DNA of 64,000 nt, from contig NC_045728.1 of assembly GCF_009834535.1 (NCBI RefSeq), positions 2,790,001 through 2,854,000 of the forward strand, given 5' to 3'. This DNA is from Camelus ferus (Eukaryota). Positions 12,788-23,029 of the stretch are shown piece after piece. Positions within the stretch are counted from its first letter, which is position 1, and every line of letters begins with the position of its first letter. A program made the position numbers and the translations under genes. Below the pieces are notes generated by a model. That model was not told the DNA's origin, made no database searches, and saw only the letters and a list, made by a program, of their open reading frames with translations.

Positions 12788-12925
12788 TAGGGTTGCCAGA
12801 TTTAGCAAATAAAAAGATAACACGTAATTTTACTATATGTATGTTCCAGATTTCTTATGGGATATACTTATACTAAAACAGCATTCACTGTTTGTCTGAA
12901 ATTCACGTTTAACTGCAGTCCCTAT
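12788..12925. mobile_element. MER53-type palindromic hAT MITE, internally deleted
   Basis: Left terminus 'tagggttgccagatttagcaaataaaaa', central 'atgggatatacttatactaaaa' and right arm 'tgtctgaaattcacgtttaactg'. Confidence 0.8.
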
Positions 12926-13114
12926 ACAAAAGAGCTTTTGCTGACCTGTGACTTTAGGACAAAAAGGGAGTGGCTCATTCAACAGTCCTGCTCCTCCCTC
13001 ACATGATTATAAATCAGCCCACGTGTTTGCAGCCAACTGTCCATCATGACGCTAGATCTGAGCTGCCAAGGTGGTCCAGGCTTTAGAGGGATGGATGGAA
13101 CGTCCAGCCCCAGC

Positions 13115-13290
13115 CCTGCCATCCAGCAGCTATGCAGTCAGTGAGTTAATTTTGTTAAGCCTTAATTTACTCATCTGTAAAATGTGGACAATAGTATCTA
13201 CTTCAAAAAGGTATTACAAGGATTAGACAGTATGTGTATAAACAACGCAGTGTCTCACACAGCGAGGGCTCAGCGAGCTACTATCCCTGG
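13115..13290 (+). mobile_element. MIR
   Basis: 'ccttaatttactcatctgtaaaatgtggacaatagtatctacttc...gtattacaaggattaga'. Confidence 0.75.
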
Positions 13291-13369
13291 TTTTCAAAGT
13301 TTCTGTACATGAAATCGAGTTGCAAACATTAGGGTCACATGGAAACAGGTAAAGCGGCACTGACGGGTT

Positions 13370-13510
13370 TTCTCAGGCATCATGTTTAATTTTAATACCT
13401 GTGAAGTGTGCTGTTGTTATTCCACGTGATAGACGGAGTTGGAGTAACTTTACAGAGCACACTGCAATTAAAGGCAGAGCTGAGCGTCTGAACAGCAGTG
13501 CTCTGGCACC
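13370..13510 (-). mobile_element. MIR, minus strand
   Basis: 'cctgtgaagtgtgctgttgttattccacgtgatagacggag...taactttacagagcacac...ggcagagctgag'. Confidence 0.55.
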
Positions 13511-15024
13511 GGGGATACGTCTGTGTTTTTCTAACTGTGTATCAGCGGTCTGCTCTCTGCCCTCAAGTAGATGACTATTTTACTGGGTGGTGTAACGAAT
13601 ACGAAGTCATTTCCTGGGCCAAAGTACGTGACACTGCCTCTGCTCCATAAACTCAGCTCTGGAAGTCTGGCCCTTTTCCTTAATTTCCTTGGCATTGGGC
13701 GGGGAGCAGGGTGAGGGTCTAAGAACACCGCCCACATACAAGTTGTCCATTATAGGTCCCCAGGATAGGTGTGCGGTCCAGTCTGACCCAGCTTAGGGAG
13801 AGAGTCTGGATTCTCCCCCTAATTCCATAGGACTTCAGCTGTCTCAACTGGCCAGAACTCTCTCTTAGCTTCCAGTCCCTAAGAAATTCACTCTTCACAG
13901 TTTTCTAAACACAATCCTTGGGTTGAGATGAAAATCACAGGCAACCCCAGGCACCCTGAGCTGGCTGAAGCCTTCTCTCCTCCGAGGGTCTAAATCTCCC
14001 CGCCGGGTCGGAAATCAGACCCACTGCTCCAGTTCCTCTGCTGTGACCCAGGACGGCACCTCCCCCTCAGGAGGGGCATGTGGGAAAACGCACGCGTCAG
14101 AGCCCTGGGGGGCTGTACTCCCAGCATGGGGGTGGCCACTCCATTCCCAAGGCGGGAGGGCGGCGCAGCGGTGATGGTGGATGCATTCAGCGATGTCCCC
14201 AATCTGGCAAGCACTTCTAGGAACAACGCCAATTCTGTAGCTTCTAGACGTTGTTAAGGTCCTATTTTGGCTCTTCTTCCCATTTTAAAACTCCCCCAGC
14301 AGCACCAATGGGTGAATGACACATTCATGCACAAAAGGGACAAGTGGCACGGCACGAGAAAGCCCGACGTCCTGGAGGAACACTACACTCGGCTGACGGA
14401 CACCCACGTCCAAAGCCAGCGACAGCACTGCCCTAGCCGTAGCCACCCAGGACGTTCTCCGGAATTCTGCCGCCCCCTTTGAATAATCTAAAACACTCCA
14501 GGTTGATCCGCTGTCCTTTCCCAGCCCTGCTTCTAACCAATTCTCTCTCACACTCTCCTGTCCCCCAGAGAAATCAGATGCCAGTTTACCCTCGTCTCCC
14601 CCATTTTCTGCCGCCTCTCTCTCCTCCCCGGCTCGTCACTAACCAGCTCGTGCAAGCATCCACGGGCACCCTCAGTGCGTGTTTGAGATTCCCGGTTTGC
14701 AGCACGCAGTGGTCCCTCACATTCATCAAACACCCAGGCAATAAGGAAGAACACTGTTAGCTGCAAGGACACCGAGTAGAATATTTAAGGCAATTAGAGA
14801 ACACTTCGAGCCAGTCGTACGACTAATGACCGACGTGTTTGTGTGCGGCTCCATGGGCACAAAGCCCGCAACCACCTGCATCCCGCGCGGCCCTCGCAGG
14901 AAGACGCGATGGGGCCCGACAGAGCGGAGGGCGGCACGGGGAGCGCAGGGATGCGGCGGTCACCGTCACGCAGCCAGGTCTCAGCTGCAACTTGGGCAGC
15001 TAGCGTGTTGTGTTCCTTGGCCAG

Positions 15025-15270
15025 TACCGTGCAGCCTCAGTTTTCTCAGCTCGAAAATGGGGTGAGAAAACCCAAGGTGCGAGTGTTAGAGGTAACTGGT
15101 AATCACGCATACAGAGAGCCTCCTCGTGGCTGCTGAGTTATCATTGTCCTCATTTCATGTGTAAGGAAACAGAAGCCCAGCGAACGTTACAAGTTTATTC
15201 AAGGCTACCCAGCGACCAAGTGGCAGAGCTGGGATTCAAACCCATCTTTTGTGAATTCAGGCCTCTGTTG
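15025..15270. mobile_element. Two adjacent MIR fragments (+ 15025-15125, - 15138-15270)
   Basis: 'gcctcagttttctcagctcgaaaatggggtga' and 'cctcatttcatgtgtaaggaaacagaagcccag...gtggcagagctgggattcaaaccc'. Confidence 0.75.
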
Positions 15271-15302
15271 GGCCCATCACATCATGACTAGAACATTTGG
15301 CT

Positions 15303-15456
15303 CAGTGCTTCTCAGGACCTAACGTGCAAGCTAGTCACCTAGTAGGACCTTGTTAAAATGTAGACCTTGACTTAGCATGAGGTTCCCTGAGATTCTGTGT
15401 TTCTTACAAGCTCCAAGGTGATCCTTACCCTGCTGGTCTGGACTTTGAGTAGCAAA
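15303..15456. mobile_element. MER5-type hAT-Charlie MITE
   Basis: 'cagtgcttctca...tcaccta...cttgttaaaatgtaga...ctgagattctgtgtttcttacaagctccaaggtgat...actttgagtagcaa'. Confidence 0.8.
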
Positions 15457-15589
15457 GATGTAAACTATAAGTATCACCCAGAATTTAGGATGATCCCAAT
15501 GCGAGGCAGTTGACTCATTAAGAACTGAGGCTTTTAGTGATAAGAACAGAATGCAAAGGGTCATGGCCGTGTGCTGGGGGAGCTGAGAG

Positions 15590-16400
15590 GTGACAACGTG
15601 CACTGGGTAGCGTCAGGTGCCGCGGATGCAAAGATGAACCAGATCTGCTTGGAGGCACTTACGTAAATGAATCACAGCAAATGGCCTGATGCAGACGAGG
15701 TGGTAGGCAGACCCACACGGTAAGAGAGGAAGGCCGGACACGCACTTGCAACAGGTCCAGTCGGGACAGATCAGGGAGAACCCAGAGAGATTCTAGAGGA
15801 GTGTGACTCAGACTCAAGTCATGGGGAGCCACTGGAGGGTTAAAAACCAGGAGGCAGCTTTAAATCTGGATTGAAGTAGACAGAAACAAGGACACCAACC
15901 CCAAGGCTGTTACAGAAAGCAGAGCTGAGCTGACGTGGACTTCGGCTCTGGTAGAAACTGTGGAAATGAAAACGAAAGAGAAATGCAGGCGACACTGCGG
16001 AAACCGCACTGAAGGGAACACTGGGCCCTGGGCTGCATCACACATGGCTCTTCCTCCCGTTGGCTCTCTGACTGTGGTCCTCTCTGGGCTTCCATCTCTC
16101 CATCTGTGAAATGCAGATCATCTATTTCAGGGGCCACTGTGAGAACTAAATAAGATAATGCATGTGGATGCCCTGTGAAACGCTCTAGCACGATATAAAT
16201 TAAGGAGCTGTTATTGTTCCGTTTCTCACGCCGTACCTGACACATTATCACTGAATTCAGCTATGAAAGACCAGAACCTGATGAATGCTTGGATATGAAG
16301 AAAGAAGAGGAAGAAATCACCGAAGGTGATCTCGAGATGCCCAGAGTACTAGAATAAGGAAGTAAGTGCGCGGCACCTGGTGGAAATGGGAGGGACGGGG
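15590..16400 (-). mobile_element. L2 fragments (15590-15880, 16270-16400) with a MIR (16085-16210, +) between them
   Basis: 'ggtgccgcggatgcaaagatgaaccaga', 'tggggagccactggagggtt' and 'ttggatatgaagaaagaagaggaagaaatc'; MIR core 'catctgtgaaatgcagat'. Confidence 0.6.
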
Positions 16401-16579
16401 AACCCACGGGAGACTGCGACATGTGAGGTATTCGTGGATCTCACGAGAGACTTGGCCCTGCTGAGTCTGAGTCCCAGAAGCAGGACATTTCTTTGACTCT
16501 CAAAACATGGGACTCCCAATAGTTGCAATGAAAAACCTTCACTTAATTTTTATCACCCGAATTACCACCCATGGCCACT

Positions 16580-16740
16580 TGGTGACCAACAGGATGGCCT
16601 CAGGCAAGGTTTGGCTGGGCATCCTTCTCCTCATCTATAAAATGGGCACACAAGTAACAGTGATCTAACAGGGACACCAGGAAACCACCATTAATAAAAG
16701 CGCCTCACTCAGTGCCCGGCATGTCCTGGGTTCTCAATAA
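16580..16740 (+). mobile_element. MIR
   Basis: 'ttctcctcatctataaaatgggcacacaagtaacagt...cagtgcccggcatgtcctgggttctcaataa'. Confidence 0.75.
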
Positions 16741-17039
16741 CCCGCCACCCACCCCCTGACCGGCCAGTCTTCATCAACTTTGTCATCATCGCCATTACTA
16801 TGGCAACATTTAAAACAGAGAGACTTGGAAGCAACACAAGTCCCAATCAAAACACACAGAGCACGAAAGCTAAGGGGACCCAAGGCGTCATGGGTCCAAG
16901 TCTTCCCTGCCCAGCATACGTCCACCATTTTGCGAAGGAGCATAATAATGAACACCCACGTACTCCTCACCTAGACACACGAATATTAACACTTCCCCCA
17001 TTCTCTCTCTCCTTACCCCCTCTTTTTTGTTCTCCCTCA

Positions 17040-17194
17040 TATAAAAAATAATTTGTAAATTAACTGTAGACATCATGACTCTCCATTCTTAAATACTTCA
17101 AACATGTGTCTCCCCAAAATAAAGACATTGTATGTAGTCCCTAAGAAAATTAATTCACTAATGTCACCAGCATACACAGTCCATATTTAAGATG
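17040..17194 (-). mobile_element. Old L1 (L1MC4/5-type) 3' region
   Basis: 'ttaactgtagacatcatgactctccattcttaaatacttca...ataaagacatt...cagtccatattta'. Confidence 0.7.
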
Positions 17195-17372
17195 TATCCT
17201 CCACAGGGAACTATGTTCAATGTCTTGTAATAAACTATCATGGAGAAGAAGCAGAAACAAGGAATACAGAGGTACACATGTGTATGTGTAAGTGAATCAT
17301 TTTGCTGTAATCTGAAACTAACACAATATTGTCAATTAACTATACTTTAATACAACAAAAACAAACAAAAAA
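17195..17372 (+). mobile_element. Young, heavily 5'-truncated L1 tail with TSD
   Basis: 'cacagggaactatgttcaatgtcttgtaataaactat...' ending in an A/C tail. Flanked by aagatg at 17189-17194 and 17373-17378, after ttt, matching an L1 endonuclease-type TT/AA site. Confidence 0.85.
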
Positions 17373-18000
17373 AAGATGCAGCCTCTTTTTTCAGGTCAAG
17401 GGTAGGGCACTTTAAATCTGGTGCTCGGGAAAAGAAACATTTAAAGCACTGTTGCGTAGGAGCCGGCTGCCCATCCAGCAGAACAGGTAGTTCCGCAGCA
17501 GCGTGAGCTGTCCGTCAGGACGCTGGTGGCGCCAAGTAGGCCGCAGCAGAGAGTCTACTGTGTGGTCTCTGCTACAAATCTGCACATTCTGAGCTTCAAA
17601 TGCTACAAGTCACGGCTTCTTTTTCCCTGGAGAGCTGGATGTGAAACACTTACTAGCACAGCTCTGCATTTAAACAAAACCTAAGTGGCAGGAAGACAGC
17701 GACGGGCAGACCCAGGAGACGATGTTCCAGGCATGAGTGCAGAGTTCCTACATGCATGTCTGCGGGACGCTAGGAAGGTTGGGCTTTGGTGACACGGTGG
17801 GAGGGACACAGGCTGAGGGTGGAGGCAGCGATCACGTAGGGCCATATGTTTTTATTTTGAACACCATGGGAAGTCACTGGAGGATCTTAAGCATAAGGAT
17901 AGCATCGTTTGAATTATGTTTGAACCTTGGTTGTTAGAGAATGGACTGGAGAAAAGGAAGAGTGACAGTAAAGAACTCTGCTAAGAATTTAACGTCTTGT

Positions 18001-18162
18001 GCTGGGTTTTTTAAAATTATTTTTTATTTGTTTAGAGGGGAGGTAATTAGGTTTGCTTATTTATTTATTTGTTTGTTTATTTATTTAATGGAGGTACTGG
18101 GGATTGAACCCAGGACCTTGTGCATGCTAAGCATGCTCTCTGCCGCTGAGCTTTCCCCTCCC
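18001..18162 (-). mobile_element. Camelid tRNA-Ala-derived SINE (Vic-1 type)
   Basis: Reverse strand reads gggaggggaaagctcagcggcagag (A box)...cttagcatg...gggttcaatccc (B box), then a TAAA tail and 'aacctaattacctcccc'. Degenerate TSD aagaatttaacgtctt / aagaatgtaatgttta (12/16). Confidence 0.9.
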
Positions 18163-18174
18163 TGCAAGAATGTA

Positions 18175-18620
18175 ATGTTTATGGAGCTGTGTATGCACAA
18201 GGTCCGTCCGTCACTGCAACACTGTGCGATGGCGAAATACCGGGGAAAGCGTAAATGTCTATCAATAGCAAAGAAAGAAAATTGGTGAGGGTCTATCCAT
18301 ATAGTGGAACTGCTCAAAGGTTGTTTAAAAAAAATAAAGCCTCTACCGACCATTAACAAGTTATCCCCAAGATAGATTATTAAACAACAAAAAGAGCTGA
18401 TACAAACCAGATTGTAAAGGATATGGCTTTTTGTGCAAAATGGGGGAGTGGGGCCCAAGTTATGCCTTGTTGTATTTGCGTGTGTAAACATTGCAGAATA
18501 GCTGGAAGGGACTCTAAGACGCTAGTCGAGGATGCGCACCCAACTGCCATTTCTGGGGGTCAGAAATCAACAAAAATTGGCAATTGCATATGGTTTGGCC
18601 CAAGTTGTTATTTCTTTTTT
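18175..18620 (+). mobile_element. Old L1 (L1ME-type) 3' fragment
   Basis: 'aaatgtctatcaatagcaaagaa...ctatccatatagtggaac...gattattaaacaacaaaaagagc'. Confidence 0.55.
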
Positions 18621-21600
18621 GTTTTAATTTGAGGTTTGCTAGAGGAGGGAGACTGGACGTGGTACAGAATCATGAGGCACACTTTTACTGCCCTTTTACG
18701 CTTTATTAGACCATGAGGAAATGTTCTTTTATTCCTTGTTTTAAAATTAGGTAGATAAATGATTGATAGGAGATGAGAGAGCAGGAGAGGGGTGAGAGGC
18801 GCTCACGGAAGGTCCAATAAAAGTTTACAGTGGCTGAGCCCAGAGTGGTGGCAGGAGGAGGGAAGAGGAGACGGACTGGGAACACATTTCTGAGACAGAG
18901 TTGATAGGAGTCGCTGTCAGATTTGCTGTTTGGGGTGATGCAGTGACGGAGAACAAGGAAGCAAGGAGACGTCCTCACTTAAGTCAGCAAATGCAGTTTC
19001 CTGGGCAATTAAATCAGTGGCGGTCCCTGCTAATGAGGTGACGACTGGGGAAGGAGCAGGCTTGGTGGGGAGAATGCAAGTGCTGGGAAACGTTCTGCTG
19101 GAGAGGCCGGTGGATCATTATGTGGGTGTGTCCATTAGGAACCAAGACAGAGACATCTGAGGTTCAGGAGAGACGTTAGGGCTTTGAGCTCTGAAGTCAA
19201 GAGTATTCCCAATGGTCAGAAGGAAAGAAAGGTATTTTTTAAGGGGATTCTAGGAAACCTCAAGGCTCTTTCTTTTCCCTTTGTCCTGGAATATCACAGA
19301 GGTTGCACGAAAGAAACTCAAACAGAACGTCAGGGAGAAATGAGTCACCAAGAAGATCAGAACAAGTTTCCTCACATCTCAACGCCCTGGTGCCCTCATG
19401 TTATGTGTTCTCCAGTCCATGTGAGCACACAAACCTCATCGAGGAAGCTGGGAGAAAAGGCGTCTCCAGGGCAGCCCCATCAGACGGGGCCAATCGCAGC
19501 TCTGCTCCGACGGCAGGTAGCTTTCCCTGAGTGTCAGACGAGGCGCATCTTCCCACAGCTTCAGTGGGAGGTGCGGGGGCACAGAGCAAGTTCAAACGGG
19601 GGCAGAGCTGAGACGATTCTCTTTCCCCCTCCAACTAGCTAATCCAACTGTAAAAGAAAAATAATAACTCAAAGAGAAACAGAGTTCAGTGATTGAAGAA
19701 GGTATAAACTGACCTGGTTGTACATAGGACTGGGGATAAAAGTGTCAGGGACCAAAAACAAGATAAATGGAAACATGATCAAAATAAAAACTTCGGTGAG
19801 ATCTAAGGGACAGGATTCTCTGCCTGGGATTCAGGCTCAGTACTCAGCAGGGTTTGAAGTGAGCTTGGCAATGGGGATGGAGCTGCCTTTGTAGGTTTGC
19901 AGAAGGAGCAGGGAAAAAAATACCAACCTAGGCTCTGAACACACGGCACACACTCATCTTCAGAGAAGCTGGTCCCCGGGCACTTCTGGCAAGGGTTGAG
20001 CTGATAGCCCGGCATCCTCGCTCGAGTCTAAAAATGGATAATTAAATTCTGTTGCTCTAATGAAATATCCCCCTGTCGTTTGTGCTGCAGAGGGCGTCCA
20101 TGGCGCCTTCGGGGGGATGGAGAGGGAGTCACCCTAAGCAGGAGATCATCCACACGGCCCGGAACCAAACAAAGATGTGCCGCTGACTGATGAGGGTGAG
20201 CCCGGAGGGACTCGGCCAGAAACGAAGGACTGAAACTGAACAGTATTAGATCAAAACGTCCAGGATTTTCCTCACTCAACAAAATCCTTTTTTTTTTTCC
20301 CCAAATTGCCAAATGTGTGCCTTGTTTGGGGTTACAAACATCTGGTCTTAGGTCACTCTGGAGAGAAATACACATAGATTGGTAGGCTAACAGCTCTCTT
20401 GTCTACTCAGAAATCTTCCAGAAGAAGAGGCTGTGACGCTTTATGTACATAAATGCACACCTTGTTCTTAGACTGACTGCTGCTATTATTAGAGCCATGA
20501 GTGACAAGGAGGGAAGGTGGCATTAAACTCAAGCAAAATTTTAAGCAGACATAGATGTATTAATATACATCTGTGGGTTCGCGTTGAAAACCCCAAAGCT
20601 TGATGCACTGAAGATTCTTCCGGAAAAAGGAAGAAAGTGTTAACTCCTATTTCCTCTTTGGGTATCAAGAGATCATGAAGGCCCTCAAGACTGCCTGGCG
20701 CTCTGAGATGGTTCTGCCTGATCAGCGGGGCAGCGTGGGCCCAGGGAATTCCGGTCTTACCATCTGTGCTATGTTCTCATTCTCCTTCTAACAGTGGGGA
20801 CTTGCCACTGACCCTTGCTGGGAGGTTGCAAAAAAACAAAATAAAATAATTTTAAAAAAACCCTTGGGGATCCAAAGAGATACCAAAAACTCTGCATTAA
20901 TATGATAAACCTGAGACAAGAGCGAGGGGTAGGTGGGGGAGGAACGAGTTAAGGGAGCCGCCCTGACGGTGAAACGCATTGCTACCTACTTGTTCATGCG
21001 CTCCTGGCTTTTCAGTTGATGAACTTTTCACACCAGAAGCGGGGAAATTAATCATCTTTTCCTCTCTGTATGTCTTCTTCTGTCTCCTCTGCTGTCTCAC
21101 CGAACTGTTCCGCACTCAATATGGACAAAGACGCTGTTATTTCAACTCTCTCTGCAAAGCTCGGGTGTCCTTACCTGACTCTGAAACGCCTCCTCACCTC
21201 ACCCAGCACAGCCTGCCTCTCGCTGCCAAGCAGCTCCTCAAGCAGACATGAACGGGGAGGGTCCTTCTTTTGTGATGTTCGTGCAATACTGAAGTCTCGC
21301 CTCTTGCTGGGTCACACCGGCAAAAATGTCTCAGTTTCCCTTTCTGCACTCAACAGCCTCGCCTCTCCTCACTCAGGCACCTAGAAGAAGACCCGAGTGT
21401 CCAAAGTTGTTGGTGACAGCTCTGACCAGACCTTGCGAAGGCCCTGGAAAGTGTCTAACTTCATCTAGAAAGCAGAAACCTCCCCACAAAAAGTGTCCCA
21501 GCTCTGTCTGTGTGATTAACCAAAAATCAGAGAGGGGGCAGTTGTTGGGTGCCTCTGGTTTATGATGAGTTCGTGACGTACAGACTGAACTCCCGGAAGG

Positions 21601-21879
21601 CTCCATGAATGCAGTGATTACTGCCCGGCGTTTCCACTTCACGTAGACACGCTCTCCTCTCCCGTGAGACAGTCCACTTACACGTCTTCTGAATCATCCA
21701 GACAATTTAAGGCCATTTGAATGCTAAGCTAACTAACGCCTGGACATCAACTCTCGGGTTTAGCAAGCATTTACTTGCAGCTGTGTGGACGTGAACTCCT
21801 GTGTGACAGACTGACAAAGGCAGAGACGCAGCCGGACACATGCACTGGGAGACGAGTCCGTGTCTCAAGAACTTAAAGC

Positions 21880-22230
21880 CTATTACCAAAATAGGTGCGC
21901 GGCGGCGCCGGTATAAATATCGTGCTTAACACCTTTTGAGTCTTTTTACTCTGAAGCGTCCAACCTATTAGGGAACAAAGAAAGGGCGCCTTTTCAATCT
22001 CGCTCACTTCAGCCTCCTCCGAGACGGACGCGCCCCCTCCGCGGCGCAGCCCCACATAAAAGCCCGGCAGCGTGCTGCTGCAAATCTGCTTTTGTGTGGA
22101 CGTGTGAGCCAGGCCTGGGCTGGGCTTCACTATCCTCTTTTTATTTTTTTAACTTAAAATAAAAGCGTCGTCTCCAGCAGACGCAGAGGATTCGCTTTGT
22201 AAATAACACGAATCCACCTTCCTTGAGAGA
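21880..22230. promoter_or_regulatory. CpG-rich candidate promoter/enhancer with CArG box and TATA-like elements
   Basis: CCAAAATAGG (perfect CArG) at 21886-21895, TATAAATA at 21912-21919, CArG-like CCTATTAGGG at 21964-21973, CATAAAA near 22055, and dense CpG. Confidence 0.4.
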
Positions 22231-23029
22231 AGCCTCTTGGGACTCCTGGGGCCCACGGTCACCACTCTGGCTGAGGGTCTGAGGCCCCAGCTCACGGAGA
22301 CGCTTCCTTGGGCAGGAGGAGATCCGGGCCACAGCCAGGATCTCTGGACCACAAGGTTTGCTCTGGTGAGGCCACTGCTGGCCCTGACTCTGCAGGGGCA
22401 GGTCCCAGAAATGCCAGGGGAAAAGAGCTGTCTCCACATTTTGAGTCGATCATGTGGTCCCCACCAAAACATATTTAGAAAGTCTGAGTTTTATTTTAAA
22501 GTCGCTGTTAGAAACTGTGTTTCACTGATACGATATTTGCACTTCTCAAGCTGTGCCTGCTTAAAAACAGCCTTTCCACCAGTTGAAGGATCCAAATTAC
22601 ATTTTAATCAACACTAATTTAATTAAAATTAAGGGTGGCGCAGTAGAAGGAACAATGAAGGAGAGTTCAATGGTTTGGGGTCGTTGGCTGTGTGATTTCA
22701 GCAGGGCAGTTAGTGTCTCTGATTCCTAAAATGAGAAGTTATTACCAGATAACCTGAGTGGTCCCGTCTGACGCTGTCTGGTTCTCTGGGACGGTGGGTC
22801 TATGACCTGTGGGCGCTATTACAAAGGAGAGGGGCTGCTAGTCTTTGCCTGGGTCTTACCTGACTCAGGGTCGTAGTGCTTGGATCCCTGACAGATGAGT
22901 CCAGAAATTGCTTCTTTCTCAGAAAGCTGTCTGATTCAGAACAGAAATTCAGAAGACTTAACTCTAAGTTGACACTGAAGACCTTCCATCCAGCAATAAC
23001 TGAACACCTTAAAGAACTCCACTCGGACT

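Larger units (their letters stand above)
17740..19215 (-). mobile_element. L2 (17740-17985 and 18770-19215) split by later insertions
   Basis: 'accatgggaagtcactggaggatcttaagca...gttagagaatggactggaga' and 'gagaagcaggcttgg'-like purine-rich L2 antisense text at 19050-19075. Confidence 0.6.

Noticed and set aside
18089-18162. tRNA-Ala(AGC)-like sequence on the minus strand (also 62135-62207)
   Set aside because: It continues into a SINE-specific tail and is flanked by a TSD, so it is a SINE head and not a tRNA gene.
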